Assembly: GCA_963716985.1 (NCBI GenBank)
Contig: OY970323.1
Coordinates: forward strand, 1,632,001 to 1,696,000
Reading direction: 5' to 3'
Origin: an uncultured bacterium
GTDB lineage: Bacteria; Chlamydiota; Chlamydiia; Chlamydiales; SM23-39
Length of the DNA stretch: 64,000 bases
Made by a program: the position numbers and the translations under genes. Below are positions 1-9,971 of this stretch, piece by piece. Position 1 is the first letter of the stretch. Each line of letters begins with the position of its first letter. A model generated the notes under the pieces. The model did no database searches, was not told where the DNA came from, and was given only the letters and a program-made list of their open reading frames with translations.

Positions 1-339
1 TTTCTGTGAAATTGCCGTTTATGTCGAGGTGGTAACAATCACTGAGAATGACCCTTTTGGCGGTTTCTCTTGATGGGAGCATTGAAGGAAAAGGTTTCAA
101 GAAATGCAATCAGATGAATGTTGGGGAGATGAACGAAAGGGGACCACAACAAGAAATTTATCAAGCTTTATGGATGTCCCAGCAAATTTTGAAAGTCAAA
201 AAAACAGTGGCCTGATGTTTCAAGCAGTAGTGTCGAAATCGATAAACCTCGGTCAGCTCCTCATAGAACAGTTGGCTGAACTTGGGTTAAGAAAGTCTTT
301 TCTTTCGTGCGCCTATCCTCTATAATTAGAGAGGCTTTT

Positions 340-1191
340 ATGAAACTTGTCCATATTTCTGATATCCACTTTTCAAAAATTTCATTCGCTATTGGCAATC
401 TTTTTTCAAAAAGAATTCTTGGCACATGCAATCTTCTTTTGAAGAGAAAAAGAGCTTTTCAACAGGAATATCTCTTCAGCCTTTTATCCTTTTTTGATTC
501 CGAAAAAATCGATGCCCTCATCATCACCGGCGATCTTACCTCTACTTCTCTCGATGAAGAGTTTCTTTTGGCAAGGACCTTTTTACAAGAAATTCAAAAA
601 AGAAACATGCGCCTATTTCTTCTGCCCGGCAACCATGACGTGTATACAAAAGAATCTTTTGAAAAAAAAAGTTTTTACCGGTTTTTCGCCCCCTTTTGCG
701 ATCTTTCCGCTCTTTGCAAAGAGGGCATATCTTCGACCGCATTAGATGAGAAATGGCAGATTCTCTGTCTCGATTGCGCGATTGCCACCTCCCTTTTTTC
801 ATCAAGAGGCCATTTTTCTTCTATACTCGAAGAAAAACTAGACGCCATTTTGCAACCCCTTCGCGATCGTTTCATCCTTATAGCGCAGCATTTTCCCTTT
901 TCCGACAAAATCAGTCGAAGAAAGATTTTAGAAAGAAATGATCCTCTTAAAAAAATTCTTCGCAAATACCCACAAGTAAAAATTTATCTCCATGGCCATA
1001 CGCACATCTCCTCTTGCGAAGATTTGCGCTATCAGCATCTCCCGATCTCTATCGGAGCCGGCTCCGTCACAAAGAAGAAGGGAGCCTATTTCAATCTGCT
1101 GGAAACAACTCCCTCCGGCTGTACCCTTTCCACCTTTCGATGCGTCGGCGAGGGCTGGAAAATGCAAAAAAAGAACCAGCTCTTTTTTTGA
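340..1191 (+). CDS. Calcineurin-like metallophosphoesterase
   Basis: Motifs HISDIH, ITGDLT, PGNHD, LHGHTH; ATG at 340 after GAGG. Confidence 0.9.
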   Translation: MKLVHISDIHFSKISFAIGNLFSKRILGTCNLLLKRKRAFQQEYLFSLLSFFDSEKIDALIITGDLTSTSLDEEFLLARTFLQEIQKRNMRLFLLPGNHDVYTKESFEKKSFYRFFAPFCDLSALCKEGISSTALDEKWQILCLDCAIATSLFSSRGHFSSILEEKLDAILQPLRDRFILIAQHFPFSDKISRRKILERNDPLKKILRKYPQVKIYLHGHTHISSCEDLRYQHLPISIGAGSVTKKKGAYFNLLETTPSGCTLSTFRCVGEGWKMQKKNQLFF

Positions 1192-1308
1192 AAAAACCCA
1201 TTTTTTCACCAATCGATTTTTGGAAAATGAAGATCTTTCGTCTGAAAATTTTTTTCCTCTTTTGTCAAGAGACTCCTTTCAAACAATGACAGACCTGTCT
1301 TTAAAAAG

Positions 1309-1337
1309 TTGAGTTTATATGCAAAAAATAATAGAAT
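1309..1337 (+). promoter_or_regulatory. Sigma70/sigma66-like promoter of the first membrane-protein paralog
   Basis: TTGAGT-17 bp-TAGAAT; the block TGCAAAAAAT(A/G)ATA(G/A)AAT recurs upstream of the paralogs at 3288 and 8536. Confidence 0.55.
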
Positions 1338-1366
1338 GTTTTGCAAAAAACACAAGGTTTTGACCT

Positions 1367-2689
1367 ATGGACGCGTTGAATACAGTTAGAAATTTTTTTG
1401 CCGCTCACGCCGAGCAGCAGCCGCTGCACGATACATATTCCCTTACCACTCTTCCCCTCACAGCCAAGGTTTTATCTCCAAAGTGCCTGACAAATCCATT
1501 TTTCTTATGGGCCTATCGGATCATCTCCTCTCCTTTCATTCTGGTCACTTTTCTTTTTGACGGCACTGTGGGAAATCTCTATCGCCTCATCCTAGGCAAC
1601 CACTTGATCACCTTCCACGATGATAAGGTCGTTCAGGAGGATCAACTAAGAAAAAATAACCAAATCCTTATAGTCGCAGGAGCCGTTGCAGCTGCTGCCA
1701 TGATCATGACAGCTTGTTATTACCTATCACAATTTCCCAATAAAGATATTCCCGATCCAAATATTGAACATTCTATATTCACAAGTTATCCATTTTTCAT
1801 CAATGGGATCGTTTTCTTAGGGTCCGCATGCAAAGCGATTGAGAAAAAATCCCCTTCTTATTTTATCATAGGAATGTCCATTCTTGCTCTGGTGAACAAA
1901 ACGTTCTATTCGCCGATCGGTTTTATGGGGACATGCACCGCAAATGTATGCTCAGCATCATCTAACCTTCCCCTTTTTCTCAGGCCAATCAGTCTCTTGA
2001 CCCATTTTTTTGAAATGCACACTTCCTATTTTGGAATTCTTGCCCCACTCTCCATTTCTTTTCCGGCGATCTTCGGAAAAATAGGAGAGTGGGCTGGGTA
2101 CTACAAACCAGAAGTAGACAAAGTCAAAGCAGATAAAGCAGCCGAAGCAGCCAAAGAAGCCAAAGCAGCCCCTCCCGCACCAACCCCTTTATGGCGTCGA
2201 GTTGTTTCGTGGATTCCAGGTGGCGAGACATACGTGCTTTCGCCTATTGATAGCATAACTGCTCCTGATAGCATGATTGGTCGTGTCAAAACTGCAGTTT
2301 CAGAATCCTGGAAAATTGTTTCCTTGGTTTTTGGAAGATTTCACAAGCTACTTGTTCCTTTATGGGTGGGTAAAATAATTACGTGGATTCCTATTCCATC
2401 ATGCATTTTCAGATTTTCGGAACAGATCCTCGTCCTTGCTCCATTCAATAGAACGGCAGACCATTTCACTAAGTCCGTCGAAAAAACCTATGATGATCTC
2501 AGGATTCGTGTTGCAACCTATGCCCTGAGCGCGATTTATGCAATTGCAAATGCAACCCTTATGTACAATACGATCACCTCTTGCCATACAGGGCTAGAAG
2601 TAATCCTCAGCTTTGCAACCGCCTGGGGAGTCAGCTTTGGAGTCGATTTGGCCATCAAGAAATGCAAAAATGCGATCCCTGCTTTTTAG
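1367..2689 (+). CDS. Lineage-specific multi-pass membrane protein, paralog 1 (candidate Inc-like/secreted effector)
   Basis: 440 aa with several hydrophobic segments; shares YxLTxLPLxAxVLSPKCLxNxFFLW and PFNxxADxxTxSVE...LSAxYAxAN blocks with the ORFs at 3288 and 8536. Confidence 0.75.
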   Translation: MDALNTVRNFFAAHAEQQPLHDTYSLTTLPLTAKVLSPKCLTNPFFLWAYRIISSPFILVTFLFDGTVGNLYRLILGNHLITFHDDKVVQEDQLRKNNQILIVAGAVAAAAMIMTACYYLSQFPNKDIPDPNIEHSIFTSYPFFINGIVFLGSACKAIEKKSPSYFIIGMSILALVNKTFYSPIGFMGTCTANVCSASSNLPLFLRPISLLTHFFEMHTSYFGILAPLSISFPAIFGKIGEWAGYYKPEVDKVKADKAAEAAKEAKAAPPAPTPLWRRVVSWIPGGETYVLSPIDSITAPDSMIGRVKTAVSESWKIVSLVFGRFHKLLVPLWVGKIITWIPIPSCIFRFSEQILVLAPFNRTADHFTKSVEKTYDDLRIRVATYALSAIYAIANATLMYNTITSCHTGLEVILSFATAWGVSFGVDLAIKKCKNAIPAF

Positions 2690-2729
2690 GAAAGATTGAG
2701 TGGCTATCGGTTCTCCATAAAACGATAAG

Positions 2730-3162
2730 AGGGCGTTTCTTCGACCGCTGATAAGAAATGGCAGATTTTCGTCTCGATTGTGCGATCGAAGAAGCTCTCT
2801 TTTTCGTATCGGGGAGCCATTTTTCTTCTACACTCGAAGGAAAAGCCAATCTCCTAACTTCTTTGCGATCGTTTTTCCTCATGGCGCAGCATTTTTTCGA
2901 AAAGATTTGTAAAAGAAAGATTTTAGAAAGAAATGATCCTCTTAAAAAAAAATTCATCAATATCCGCAAGTAAAATTTATCTTCATGGCTACACAGTCCG
3001 CTATTCTTTCGAAGATTTGCGCTATCGATCTCTATTTAGGCCGGAGCTGACATAAAGATGAAAAGAGGTCGGCTATTTCAATCTGCTAGAAACAACTCTT
3101 CCCAGTTGCGCCATTTCTCCCTTTCAACTCCTTGTCAGAGGAAGAAAATCAGTTCTTTTTTG
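2730..3162 (+). pseudogene. Degenerate duplicate of the 3' half of the metallophosphoesterase gene
   Basis: Colinear with ~720-1191 (e.g. GAAAGATTTTAGAAAGAAATGATCCTCTTAAAAAAA identical; translates RKILERNDPLKK) but with indels and stops. Confidence 0.85.
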
Positions 3163-3287
3163 ATTATTATAATATTTTTTTGTTATTTTTTCAACGATCT
3201 ATCGCGCAAATATTAATTAATTTTTTAAAGATGAAGTTTATGTGCAAAAAATGATAGAATACTTCGAAAAAACATGAGGTTTTGCCT

Positions 3288-5114
3288 ATGGGCGCTATAG
3301 ACAAGCTGAATCAAGCTGTGCATTTTCTTACAGATTCCACAGCACAGCAGCCACTCCAGACCAATTATACTCTTACCAGCCTTCCCCTAGCGGCCAGAGT
3401 TTTATCTCCAAAATGCCTGAAAAACTCATTTTTTTTATGGTCCTATCGGATCATCTCCCTTCCTTTCCTACTGCTCGCCTTGGCCGCCGACAGCACTTTA
3501 GGAAATCTCTACCGCCTTACTTTGGGCAACTATTTGATCAACACACTCAACCAAAAAACCATCCGGGAAAACCAACAAAAAAGCATTCGTCGAATGTACA
3601 TAGCCGCAGGAGCCGTCGCTCTTTTTACCCTTGTTACCCTTGCAGCTTCTTTTTGCTTAAAGAGCGCTCCGATTGATCATAATGATTTCGTTCCCCCCAA
3701 TCCACCTGTTCTCCCCAATCCACCTGATGGAGGGAAATATTCTATCCCCCCATATTTAATAAAAGGGGCGATAAACGGAGTCGCTTTCTTATCGGTCGCT
3801 TACTTTGCTGCTTGGAAGAGCCAATCTCCTTCTTCTTTTTTCATAACTGCAATGTCCGTTCTTGCTCTAGTGAACAAATCCTTCTTTTCACCATTCGGTT
3901 TTTTGGGGACATGCACCGAAAAAGCATGCTCAGAAGCATCTTTTCTTCCCTCTTTTCTTAGGCCGGTCAGTCTCTTGACCCATTTTTTTGAAATGAACAT
4001 GCCCTTTTATGGAATTCTTGTCCCTACACTCATTTCAGTCCCCATGATAATCGGAAAAATGGGAGGATGGTTCGGAAGTCACATCACACCAGCCGCTCCA
4101 TCCACGACCGCTACACCAGCAAGAGAACCTCAAGTTCCAGGCCAAGCAACTACTGCAGCTCCGCCCTCACCTGTCAAAACAGCATTGTTTTCAGCCTTAC
4201 AGGGCTGTCGCTGGTTTGTCTCAAGGATTCCAGGTAGCAGTTCATTGGCCTCAGGTGCCAGTTCCTTGACTTCAGGTGGGCGTTCCTTGATCTCGCAGGG
4301 CGGTTTGTTGGTCTCAAATGGTTGCAGGTTTGTCTCAAGGATTCCAGGTCGCAGTTCATTGGCCTCAGGTGTCAGTTCCTTTATTTCGGGTAGTCGTTTC
4401 TTGATCCCATTTGGCAGTTCGTTGATCTCGGGTGTCTATTCTTTGATTGCAGGGGGGATTTCAGGTGCTAGGTTCTTGGCTTCTGAAAGCGCTCGCGCTC
4501 TACCTTTTTTTTGGGCGAATAAATTGATTTCAATGATACCTTTTTTCCACATTCCCGGAGAGCTTCTTCTCCTTATTCCATTCAATAGAATCGCAGACAA
4601 CCTCACTAATTCCGTCGAAGAAACAAAACCCCTAACTCGTTATACCACTTACACTCTGAGCGCGATTTATGCACTTGCAAATACCACACTCATCATGTCC
4701 AATGTTATCATGTGCCGCACAGGACTTGAAGTGATCGCTGGCGGCGCAGTCGGTTATTACCTTAAAAAGAACATCGACGAAGTTTGGGAAAAGTTCTTTC
4801 CTTCAGAAAAACCCCAAAAAAAAGAAAGAACCCCATTGACAATGCCGCAGCCGGTGCTTTTACAACAATTACTGCAACCCCACCCAGCAGCCGGAACACC
4901 TAGTGCAGCAGGCGGAACACCACCTGATGCAGCAGCAAGCGGAACACCACCACCACCCGCCGCAGCAAGCGCAACAGCAACTAGCACAACTAGCACAACT
5001 AGCACAACAGCACCCGCCGCAGCAAGCGCAACAACAACTAGCGCAACTGCAGCCGGAACACCTGGTGCAGCAAGCGGAACAGTAAGTTCTCAAAAACCCC
5101 TGGTAAAGACCTGA
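3288..5114 (+). CDS. Membrane protein paralog 2 with heptad repeats and an Ala/Thr/Pro tail; last codons replaced by IS66 insertion
   Basis: Homologous to the ORFs at 1367 and 8536; the native end CCA CCG CAG CAG CCC TAA lies at 8223-8240 beyond the IS. Confidence 0.8.
   Translation: MGAIDKLNQAVHFLTDSTAQQPLQTNYTLTSLPLAARVLSPKCLKNSFFLWSYRIISLPFLLLALAADSTLGNLYRLTLGNYLINTLNQKTIRENQQKSIRRMYIAAGAVALFTLVTLAASFCLKSAPIDHNDFVPPNPPVLPNPPDGGKYSIPPYLIKGAINGVAFLSVAYFAAWKSQSPSSFFITAMSVLALVNKSFFSPFGFLGTCTEKACSEASFLPSFLRPVSLLTHFFEMNMPFYGILVPTLISVPMIIGKMGGWFGSHITPAAPSTTATPAREPQVPGQATTAAPPSPVKTALFSALQGCRWFVSRIPGSSSLASGASSLTSGGRSLISQGGLLVSNGCRFVSRIPGRSSLASGVSSFISGSRFLIPFGSSLISGVYSLIAGGISGARFLASESARALPFFWANKLISMIPFFHIPGELLLLIPFNRIADNLTNSVEETKPLTRYTTYTLSAIYALANTTLIMSNVIMCRTGLEVIAGGAVGYYLKKNIDEVWEKFFPSEKPQKKERTPLTMPQPVLLQQLLQPHPAAGTPSAAGGTPPDAAASGTPPPPAAASATATSTTSTTSTTAPAAASATTTSATAAGTPGAASGTVSSQKPLVKT
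4213..4470 (+). repeat. Intragenic 21-bp (7-aa) repeats plus a 114-bp-period duplication
   Basis: GGTTTGTCTCAAGGATTCCAGG at 4213 and 4327; SSLASGA/SSLTSGG/RSLISQG/SSLASGV/SSFISGS/SSLISGV. Confidence 0.8.
4880..5081 (+). repeat. Low-complexity coding repeats (AAxGTP, TTS units)
   Basis: Repeated GCAGC(A/C)..CGGAACACC and ACTAGCACA x3. Confidence 0.75.
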
Positions 5115-6495
5115 TCCTTATACACAAGTCAACATCCACAACCTAAAAGCGCTCCCATTAACATGTCTTGCAATCGTTTATAACCCTTCCAAATTGTTTG
5201 CCACCCAGGCTCCCCATCTGATTTGCGCCCTATAAAACCCCCCATACGAGCCAGAGAACGCCAGAAATCTTTCACCGTTTTCAATTTCACCATCAGATGC
5301 CTTTCTATGAGCGTAATCCAAGGCTTGGGCACTTTTTCCTCGACCGGTGTTTCCGGAGACAACCGACATCGTTCTCTCATCGATAAAAGTTGCGTCGCTA
5401 TCACCCCAATCATTCCAAATAGTGCAAGAATTCGGCTCGCCTGTTTAAGCTGATTATCTTCGATTCGAAAGCCCGTTTTGACCGCCTTATGATAATCCTC
5501 TATAAGCCAGCGTCGGCGGTAGATTCTGACGATTCTTAGGGAGTCTTCTTGATTGTTGACAGGAAGATTCGTAACCAATAGCCATTCTAACCTGGGCCTA
5601 TCGGGACACCACACTCGAATATACGTCACTTCTTCACCTGCTGAACCCCCATTTCCTGGAGGAAACAATTTCGCTTTGACCCAAGTTATTTCCAGTGTCA
5701 CTTCACCACCAAATTCTTCGCCTTTTGCTTTCACATACAGCGTGGATGTACACTTGGCTGTTTGTTGACGAATCCATGAAAAAAGACGTGTCTTCTCGCC
5801 ATCAATCTCGACTTTGCGATCATGTCGCGCCCGCACTACACATTTCCACCCCAGCCTATTTGCATTATTCAAAAAATCATAAATATCATTGGCGCGATCG
5901 CCAACGCTCACCCAGTTCTCCTGGGGACGTCCCATTTTCTCTAACGTCCTCAGCCACACCTCAGATTCTTTCGAATCACTCGCCGATTTTTCTTCGGGAC
6001 GCACCCAAGCCTCCTGGTAACCAAGTCCCAAAATTTCGGTTTCTTCAGATTCATGATATTTGGCGACCAGGCATGAGTGAAACATGAGTCCATTTCCGTT
6101 ACTGTCCGCGGTTGGTCCAAGTCCATGTGTCCATGGATGGGAATTGAACAAAAGCTCTGAACCATCTTGAATAAATAGAACAAGCTGTTCCGACCAGCGC
6201 GCCTTTTCTAAGACTTGATCGTAATGGGGTTGTTGAAGCGCCTGATGTGTAATTTTAGGATTATTAAAAAAGCGGTAAGTTCCCTGGAGATCTGCCCATT
6301 TATCAAAGCGTCCTGCCAGGGACTCTTCAGGATGTTCTGCGCAACCTATAGCAACGTCAACGGCCCTCTTTTGCAGGCGGGCATCTCCTACATCGATAGT
6401 AGAAAATTGTTCATAAATCCATTGTTCTTTCATGATACCGCTCCTTTTAAAAAAGGAACAGTATACTAAATTTTAGACTTGTGTGTAAGGATCAG
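5111..6495 (-). mobile_element. IS4-family (IS50/Tn5-like) insertion sequence
   Basis: 20-bp IRs CTGATCCTTA(T/C)ACACAAGTC (19/20); 9-bp TSD GGTAAAGAC at 5102-5110 and 6496-6504. Confidence 0.95.
5129..6433 (-). CDS. IS4/Tn5-like DDE transposase
   Basis: GDARLQKR, YRFFNN, IQDGSEL, VGDRANDIY, YRRRWLIEDYHKAVKTG, LARMGGFIGRKSDGEPGWQTIWKG. Confidence 0.95.
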   Translation of the reverse strand: MKEQWIYEQFSTIDVGDARLQKRAVDVAIGCAEHPEESLAGRFDKWADLQGTYRFFNNPKITHQALQQPHYDQVLEKARWSEQLVLFIQDGSELLFNSHPWTHGLGPTADSNGNGLMFHSCLVAKYHESEETEILGLGYQEAWVRPEEKSASDSKESEVWLRTLEKMGRPQENWVSVGDRANDIYDFLNNANRLGWKCVVRARHDRKVEIDGEKTRLFSWIRQQTAKCTSTLYVKAKGEEFGGEVTLEITWVKAKLFPPGNGGSAGEEVTYIRVWCPDRPRLEWLLVTNLPVNNQEDSLRIVRIYRRRWLIEDYHKAVKTGFRIEDNQLKQASRILALFGMIGVIATQLLSMRERCRLSPETPVEEKVPKPWITLIERHLMVKLKTVKDFWRSLARMGGFIGRKSDGEPGWQTIWKGYKRLQDMLMGALLGCGC

Positions 6496-6554
6496 GGTAA
6501 AGACCTCAACTCAACTTTAAATCATAACGCCCTGTGCAAAATTAAATTTTTATT

Positions 6555-6583
6555 TTGTCTTTAAGGCTATTTCCGTATATGAT
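6555..6583 (+). promoter_or_regulatory. Putative promoter of the IS66 transposase (near-leaderless transcript)
   Basis: TTGTCT-17 bp-TATGAT, ending 7 nt before ATG 6591. Confidence 0.45.
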
Positions 6584-6590
6584 TTCAGGA

Positions 6591-8186
6591 ATGAAACTGC
6601 AAATTCCTGAAATTCCCGAGAATCTTGTTCTAGATCCAACCATCAACAAGTTGGTCGAATTGCTTCAGGTTTGCCTTAGGATCATTCAGGAATTGACGGA
6701 AGAAAACGCTCATCTCAAAGATGAAATTGCAAAACTTAAAGGTCAAAAACCACGGCCAAAATTATCCCCTTCAAGAACAGCTGATGATGCAAAAAATAAG
6801 CCGCCTCCCAAAAACTCTGATATTCATCGTTCTTCTTCTCGCAGACAAAGAAAAAAAGAGCAAAAGACAGTTTTGCCCAACAATATTCCTGCCGGATCGA
6901 TTTTTAAGGGCTATGATACCTACAACGTTCAAGATCTCCGCATAGAGTCTCTTGAAATACAATTTCGCCTTGCGGTCTATTTGAGTCCTGACGGGTCACG
7001 TATTCGTGGAGAACTTCCCCCGGAATATCAACAAGGTCATTTTGGGGCGGAACTGATTGCTTATTGCCTTTCGCAATATCATCAATGCCATGTGACAGAG
7101 CCTCTTTTGTTAGAACAGCTTTATGAAATGGGAATCGACATTTCCCCGGCGCAACTCAGCAATATTCTGATTCAGAACAAAGAAAGCTTTCACCAAGAAA
7201 AAGAAGAGATTCTCAAAGCCGGCCTGGTTTTCAGTAAATTTCTTAATGCAGATGATACGGGTGCAAGACACGATGGGAAGAACGGATACTGCACAGCCAT
7301 CGGCAGTCCTTTGTTTACCTACTTTGAAAGCACAGGTTCTAAAAGTCGAATCAATTTTTTAAAAATCTTGCAGGGCAAGGAAGAATTGTATGCTCTAACG
7401 GAAGAGGCCATAAATTATGCTTTCGAGCATGGGATTGGAGAAAAATCTCTCGCAGCTCTGGAGAAGCATAAAGGTAAACAATTTCAAGAAAGCGCTTTTT
7501 GGGAAAATTTTCTTAAAAAACAAAAAATCGAATCTGAAAAAGATCGTAGAATTGCTACTGAAGCGGCTCTTTTAGGCGGGGCTTTGGAAAAAGGAGTCAA
7601 CCCATTTCTGATTACGATAAGTGATGCTGCAAGACAGTTTGCAATTTTTCTAAATGGGCTTTGTTGGGTCCATGAAGAACGTCATTATCGAAAACTGATT
7701 CCTCTATCAGATGTTGAAAAAATAGAGCTTGAAATGGTTCGTTCAGATATTTGGGATTTTTATGAAGCGCTGAAAGAATACAAGAAAAAACCGACTCTTG
7801 TCCTGCAGAAAACTCTTGAAGATCGATTCGATCAGATTTTCGGCAAAGCATACAAAAGTGCAGCCATAAATTCACTTCTTGCGAATACCCGGTCAAGAAA
7901 AGACGGGCTCTTGCTCGTCCTTAAGTATCCATTTATTCCTCTTCATAACAATGACTGCGAAAGAGATATCCGTGAATATGCAAAGCGGAGAAAGATCTCT
8001 GGAGGCACACGAAGCGAAGCTGGCCGCAAAGCCAGAGACACTTTTGCAAGTCTCAAGAAAACCTGCATGAAATTAGGCATCAGTTTTTGTGACTATTTGA
8101 AAGACAGGCTTGTAAATGCAAAAAAAATTCCCCGGATGAAAGATCTTATTGAACAAAAATCACAGGCATCGCCGGCAAGTTTTTAG
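6591..8186 (+). CDS. IS66-family transposase
   Basis: N-terminal coiled coil, NADDTGARH, ISDAARQF, LCWVHEERH, PLHNNDCERDIR, KISGGTRSEAG. Confidence 0.92.
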   Translation: MKLQIPEIPENLVLDPTINKLVELLQVCLRIIQELTEENAHLKDEIAKLKGQKPRPKLSPSRTADDAKNKPPPKNSDIHRSSSRRQRKKEQKTVLPNNIPAGSIFKGYDTYNVQDLRIESLEIQFRLAVYLSPDGSRIRGELPPEYQQGHFGAELIAYCLSQYHQCHVTEPLLLEQLYEMGIDISPAQLSNILIQNKESFHQEKEEILKAGLVFSKFLNADDTGARHDGKNGYCTAIGSPLFTYFESTGSKSRINFLKILQGKEELYALTEEAINYAFEHGIGEKSLAALEKHKGKQFQESAFWENFLKKQKIESEKDRRIATEAALLGGALEKGVNPFLITISDAARQFAIFLNGLCWVHEERHYRKLIPLSDVEKIELEMVRSDIWDFYEALKEYKKKPTLVLQKTLEDRFDQIFGKAYKSAAINSLLANTRSRKDGLLLVLKYPFIPLHNNDCERDIREYAKRRKISGGTRSEAGRKARDTFASLKKTCMKLGISFCDYLKDRLVNAKKIPRMKDLIEQKSQASPASF

Positions 8187-8288
8187 TTTTTCCCAGACGT
8201 TTTTGAGAACTTACGCGGAACACCACCGCAGCAGCCCTAATTCTTGAAATTTTGATTATCAAAATGTCAGGATTAAGTTTTGACACAG

Positions 8289-8436
8289 GCGCAGCACCTT
8301 TCTTTTTCCGGAAAGACCCGGTCAAAGAAAAATTTCGAAAAAATGGTCATGTAAAAAATTTTCATAAATATATTCAAAAAAAACTTATCTTCAGGCCCAT
8401 ACGTACCAATTCTCTTTCGAAAATTTACCATTCGAT
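8289..8436 (+). pseudogene. Second, more eroded remnant of the phosphoesterase 3' region
   Basis: GCGCAGCACCTTTCTTTTTCCG resembles GCGCAGCATTTTCCCTTTTCCG (883); TTATCTTCAGGCCCATACG resembles TTATCTCCATGGCCATACG. Confidence 0.55.
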
Positions 8437-8535
8437 TTATACAAAGATCTCCCGCACAAATGCCATTAATTTTTTAAAAGATGAAATTATCTGCAAAAAA
8501 TGATAAAATACTTCTAAAAAATATGGGGTTTTGTC

Positions 8536-9765
8536 ATGAGCGCTATAGCCAAGCTGAATCAAGCTGTACATTTTCTTACAGATTTCACAGCACCGCAACT
8601 GCAACCTAATTATACCCTTACCAGCCTTCCTCTAACGGCCAGGGTTTTGTCTCCAAAATGCCTGAAAAATCCATTTTTCTTATGGGCCCATCGGATCGTC
8701 TCCCTTCCTTTCCTACTGGTTACCTTTCTCCTCGACAGCACCTTAGGAAATCTCTATCGCCTTACCTTTAGTAACCACCAGATCAACATACTCAACCAAA
8801 AACTCGTTCAGGAAAACCAACAAAAAAACATTCATCGAATTTATAAAGTCGCAGGAGCTATCGCCCTGTTCATGATCGCTTATTATTGCTTGAAGAACAC
8901 GGCAACCCCTCCCGGTGACGATGGGGTAGTACATTCTATATTCACAAGTCATCCAAATTTAATAAACGGAGCTGTTTTCTTGGGGTCCGCCGGTTTGGCG
9001 ATTACGAATAGATCTCCTTCTTATTTTGTAGGGGGAATGACCTTCCTCGCTCTATGGAACAAACACTTAACCTCTCCGTTTAGTTTTTATCTTCCGATCC
9101 CGACCTCAATCCCAAACTCGATCCCGAACTTGCTTAATCTTTGGGAAGATAAAAAAGCCATATGTAGGACTGCATCTGTACTCCACCCTCTTCTAAGACC
9201 GCTGAATCATCTGACCCATTCTTTTGAGATGAAATCTTCTTTGGGAATTCTTTTCCCCCTCGCTATTTCTTTTCCGATGATATTCAAAAAAATAGGTGAG
9301 TGGGCCGGCTTCTGGAAACCAACTACACCGGCAGATCCTGCTGCCCAAGACGCCAAACCTACCTCGCAGAAACAGTCTGACTCATTGATCCCAAGTGTTT
9401 CCTCCTTTGTTCGTTGTAGCATTCAATCTCTCCTTCCTCTATTGATGAATAAAACAATTGCTTCGACTCTTACTCTTTGGGACCTCCTCAAAGTTTCAGG
9501 ACACACGCTCGTCCTTATTCCATTCAATCAAATCGCAGACAACCTCACTCAGTCCGTCGAAAAAAAGGAAACCAGCATTCGCGTTGCTACTTATGCTCTG
9601 AGCGCATTTTATGCAATTGCAAATGCAGCCCTTATGTACAACACTGTCACTTCCTGCCACACAGGATTTGAAATAATACTCAGCCTTGGCTGTGCCCTAT
9701 CCACTCAATGGGCCATCTCCAAAGGTTTGGAAATGATCCCCTTTTTAAACGAGAAAAAAGCGTAA
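8536..9765 (+). CDS. Membrane protein paralog 3
   Basis: 409 aa; N-terminus nearly the same as paralog 2, C-terminal block like paralog 1. Confidence 0.78.
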   Translation: MSAIAKLNQAVHFLTDFTAPQLQPNYTLTSLPLTARVLSPKCLKNPFFLWAHRIVSLPFLLVTFLLDSTLGNLYRLTFSNHQINILNQKLVQENQQKNIHRIYKVAGAIALFMIAYYCLKNTATPPGDDGVVHSIFTSHPNLINGAVFLGSAGLAITNRSPSYFVGGMTFLALWNKHLTSPFSFYLPIPTSIPNSIPNLLNLWEDKKAICRTASVLHPLLRPLNHLTHSFEMKSSLGILFPLAISFPMIFKKIGEWAGFWKPTTPADPAAQDAKPTSQKQSDSLIPSVSSFVRCSIQSLLPLLMNKTIASTLTLWDLLKVSGHTLVLIPFNQIADNLTQSVEKKETSIRVATYALSAFYAIANAALMYNTVTSCHTGFEIILSLGCALSTQWAISKGLEMIPFLNEKKA

Positions 9766-9971
9766 AACCCGTATCCGTGTTTTCGCTAAAAAGGAGCCGG
9801 GTGTTTTTCTCAGATGTGCGATTTAACGATCGCGCAACCACAAGACAAAAAGCCTCCTTGCATTTGTACTCGTCTGTTAATAGCCAGATGATCGAATGAA
9901 GAGTTGCCAGCAAAATCTTGCTGCTAAAAAAAAGAACTCATAAACTGCATAAAAAATCCAAGGCAAGAACC

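Larger units (their letters stand above)
5082..8214 (+). mobile_element. IS66-family element (single-ORF, ISBst12-like) carrying a nested IS4
   Basis: Terminal IR GTAAGTTCTCAAAAAC (16 bp perfect, 25/29 extended); 8-bp target duplication GCGGAACA at 5074-5081 and 8215-8222. Confidence 0.92.

Noticed and set aside
1..300. Possible transposase 3' remnant (QQEIYQALW) and ORF 104-325
   Set aside because: Broken frames at the window edge and only one weak motif; cannot be supported.
4757..5093. Poly-Gln, Cys-rich and Val/Ala ORFs (4903-5085 +, 4869-5093 -, 4757-5005 -)
   Set aside because: Alternate-frame shadows of the low-complexity tail of paralog 2.
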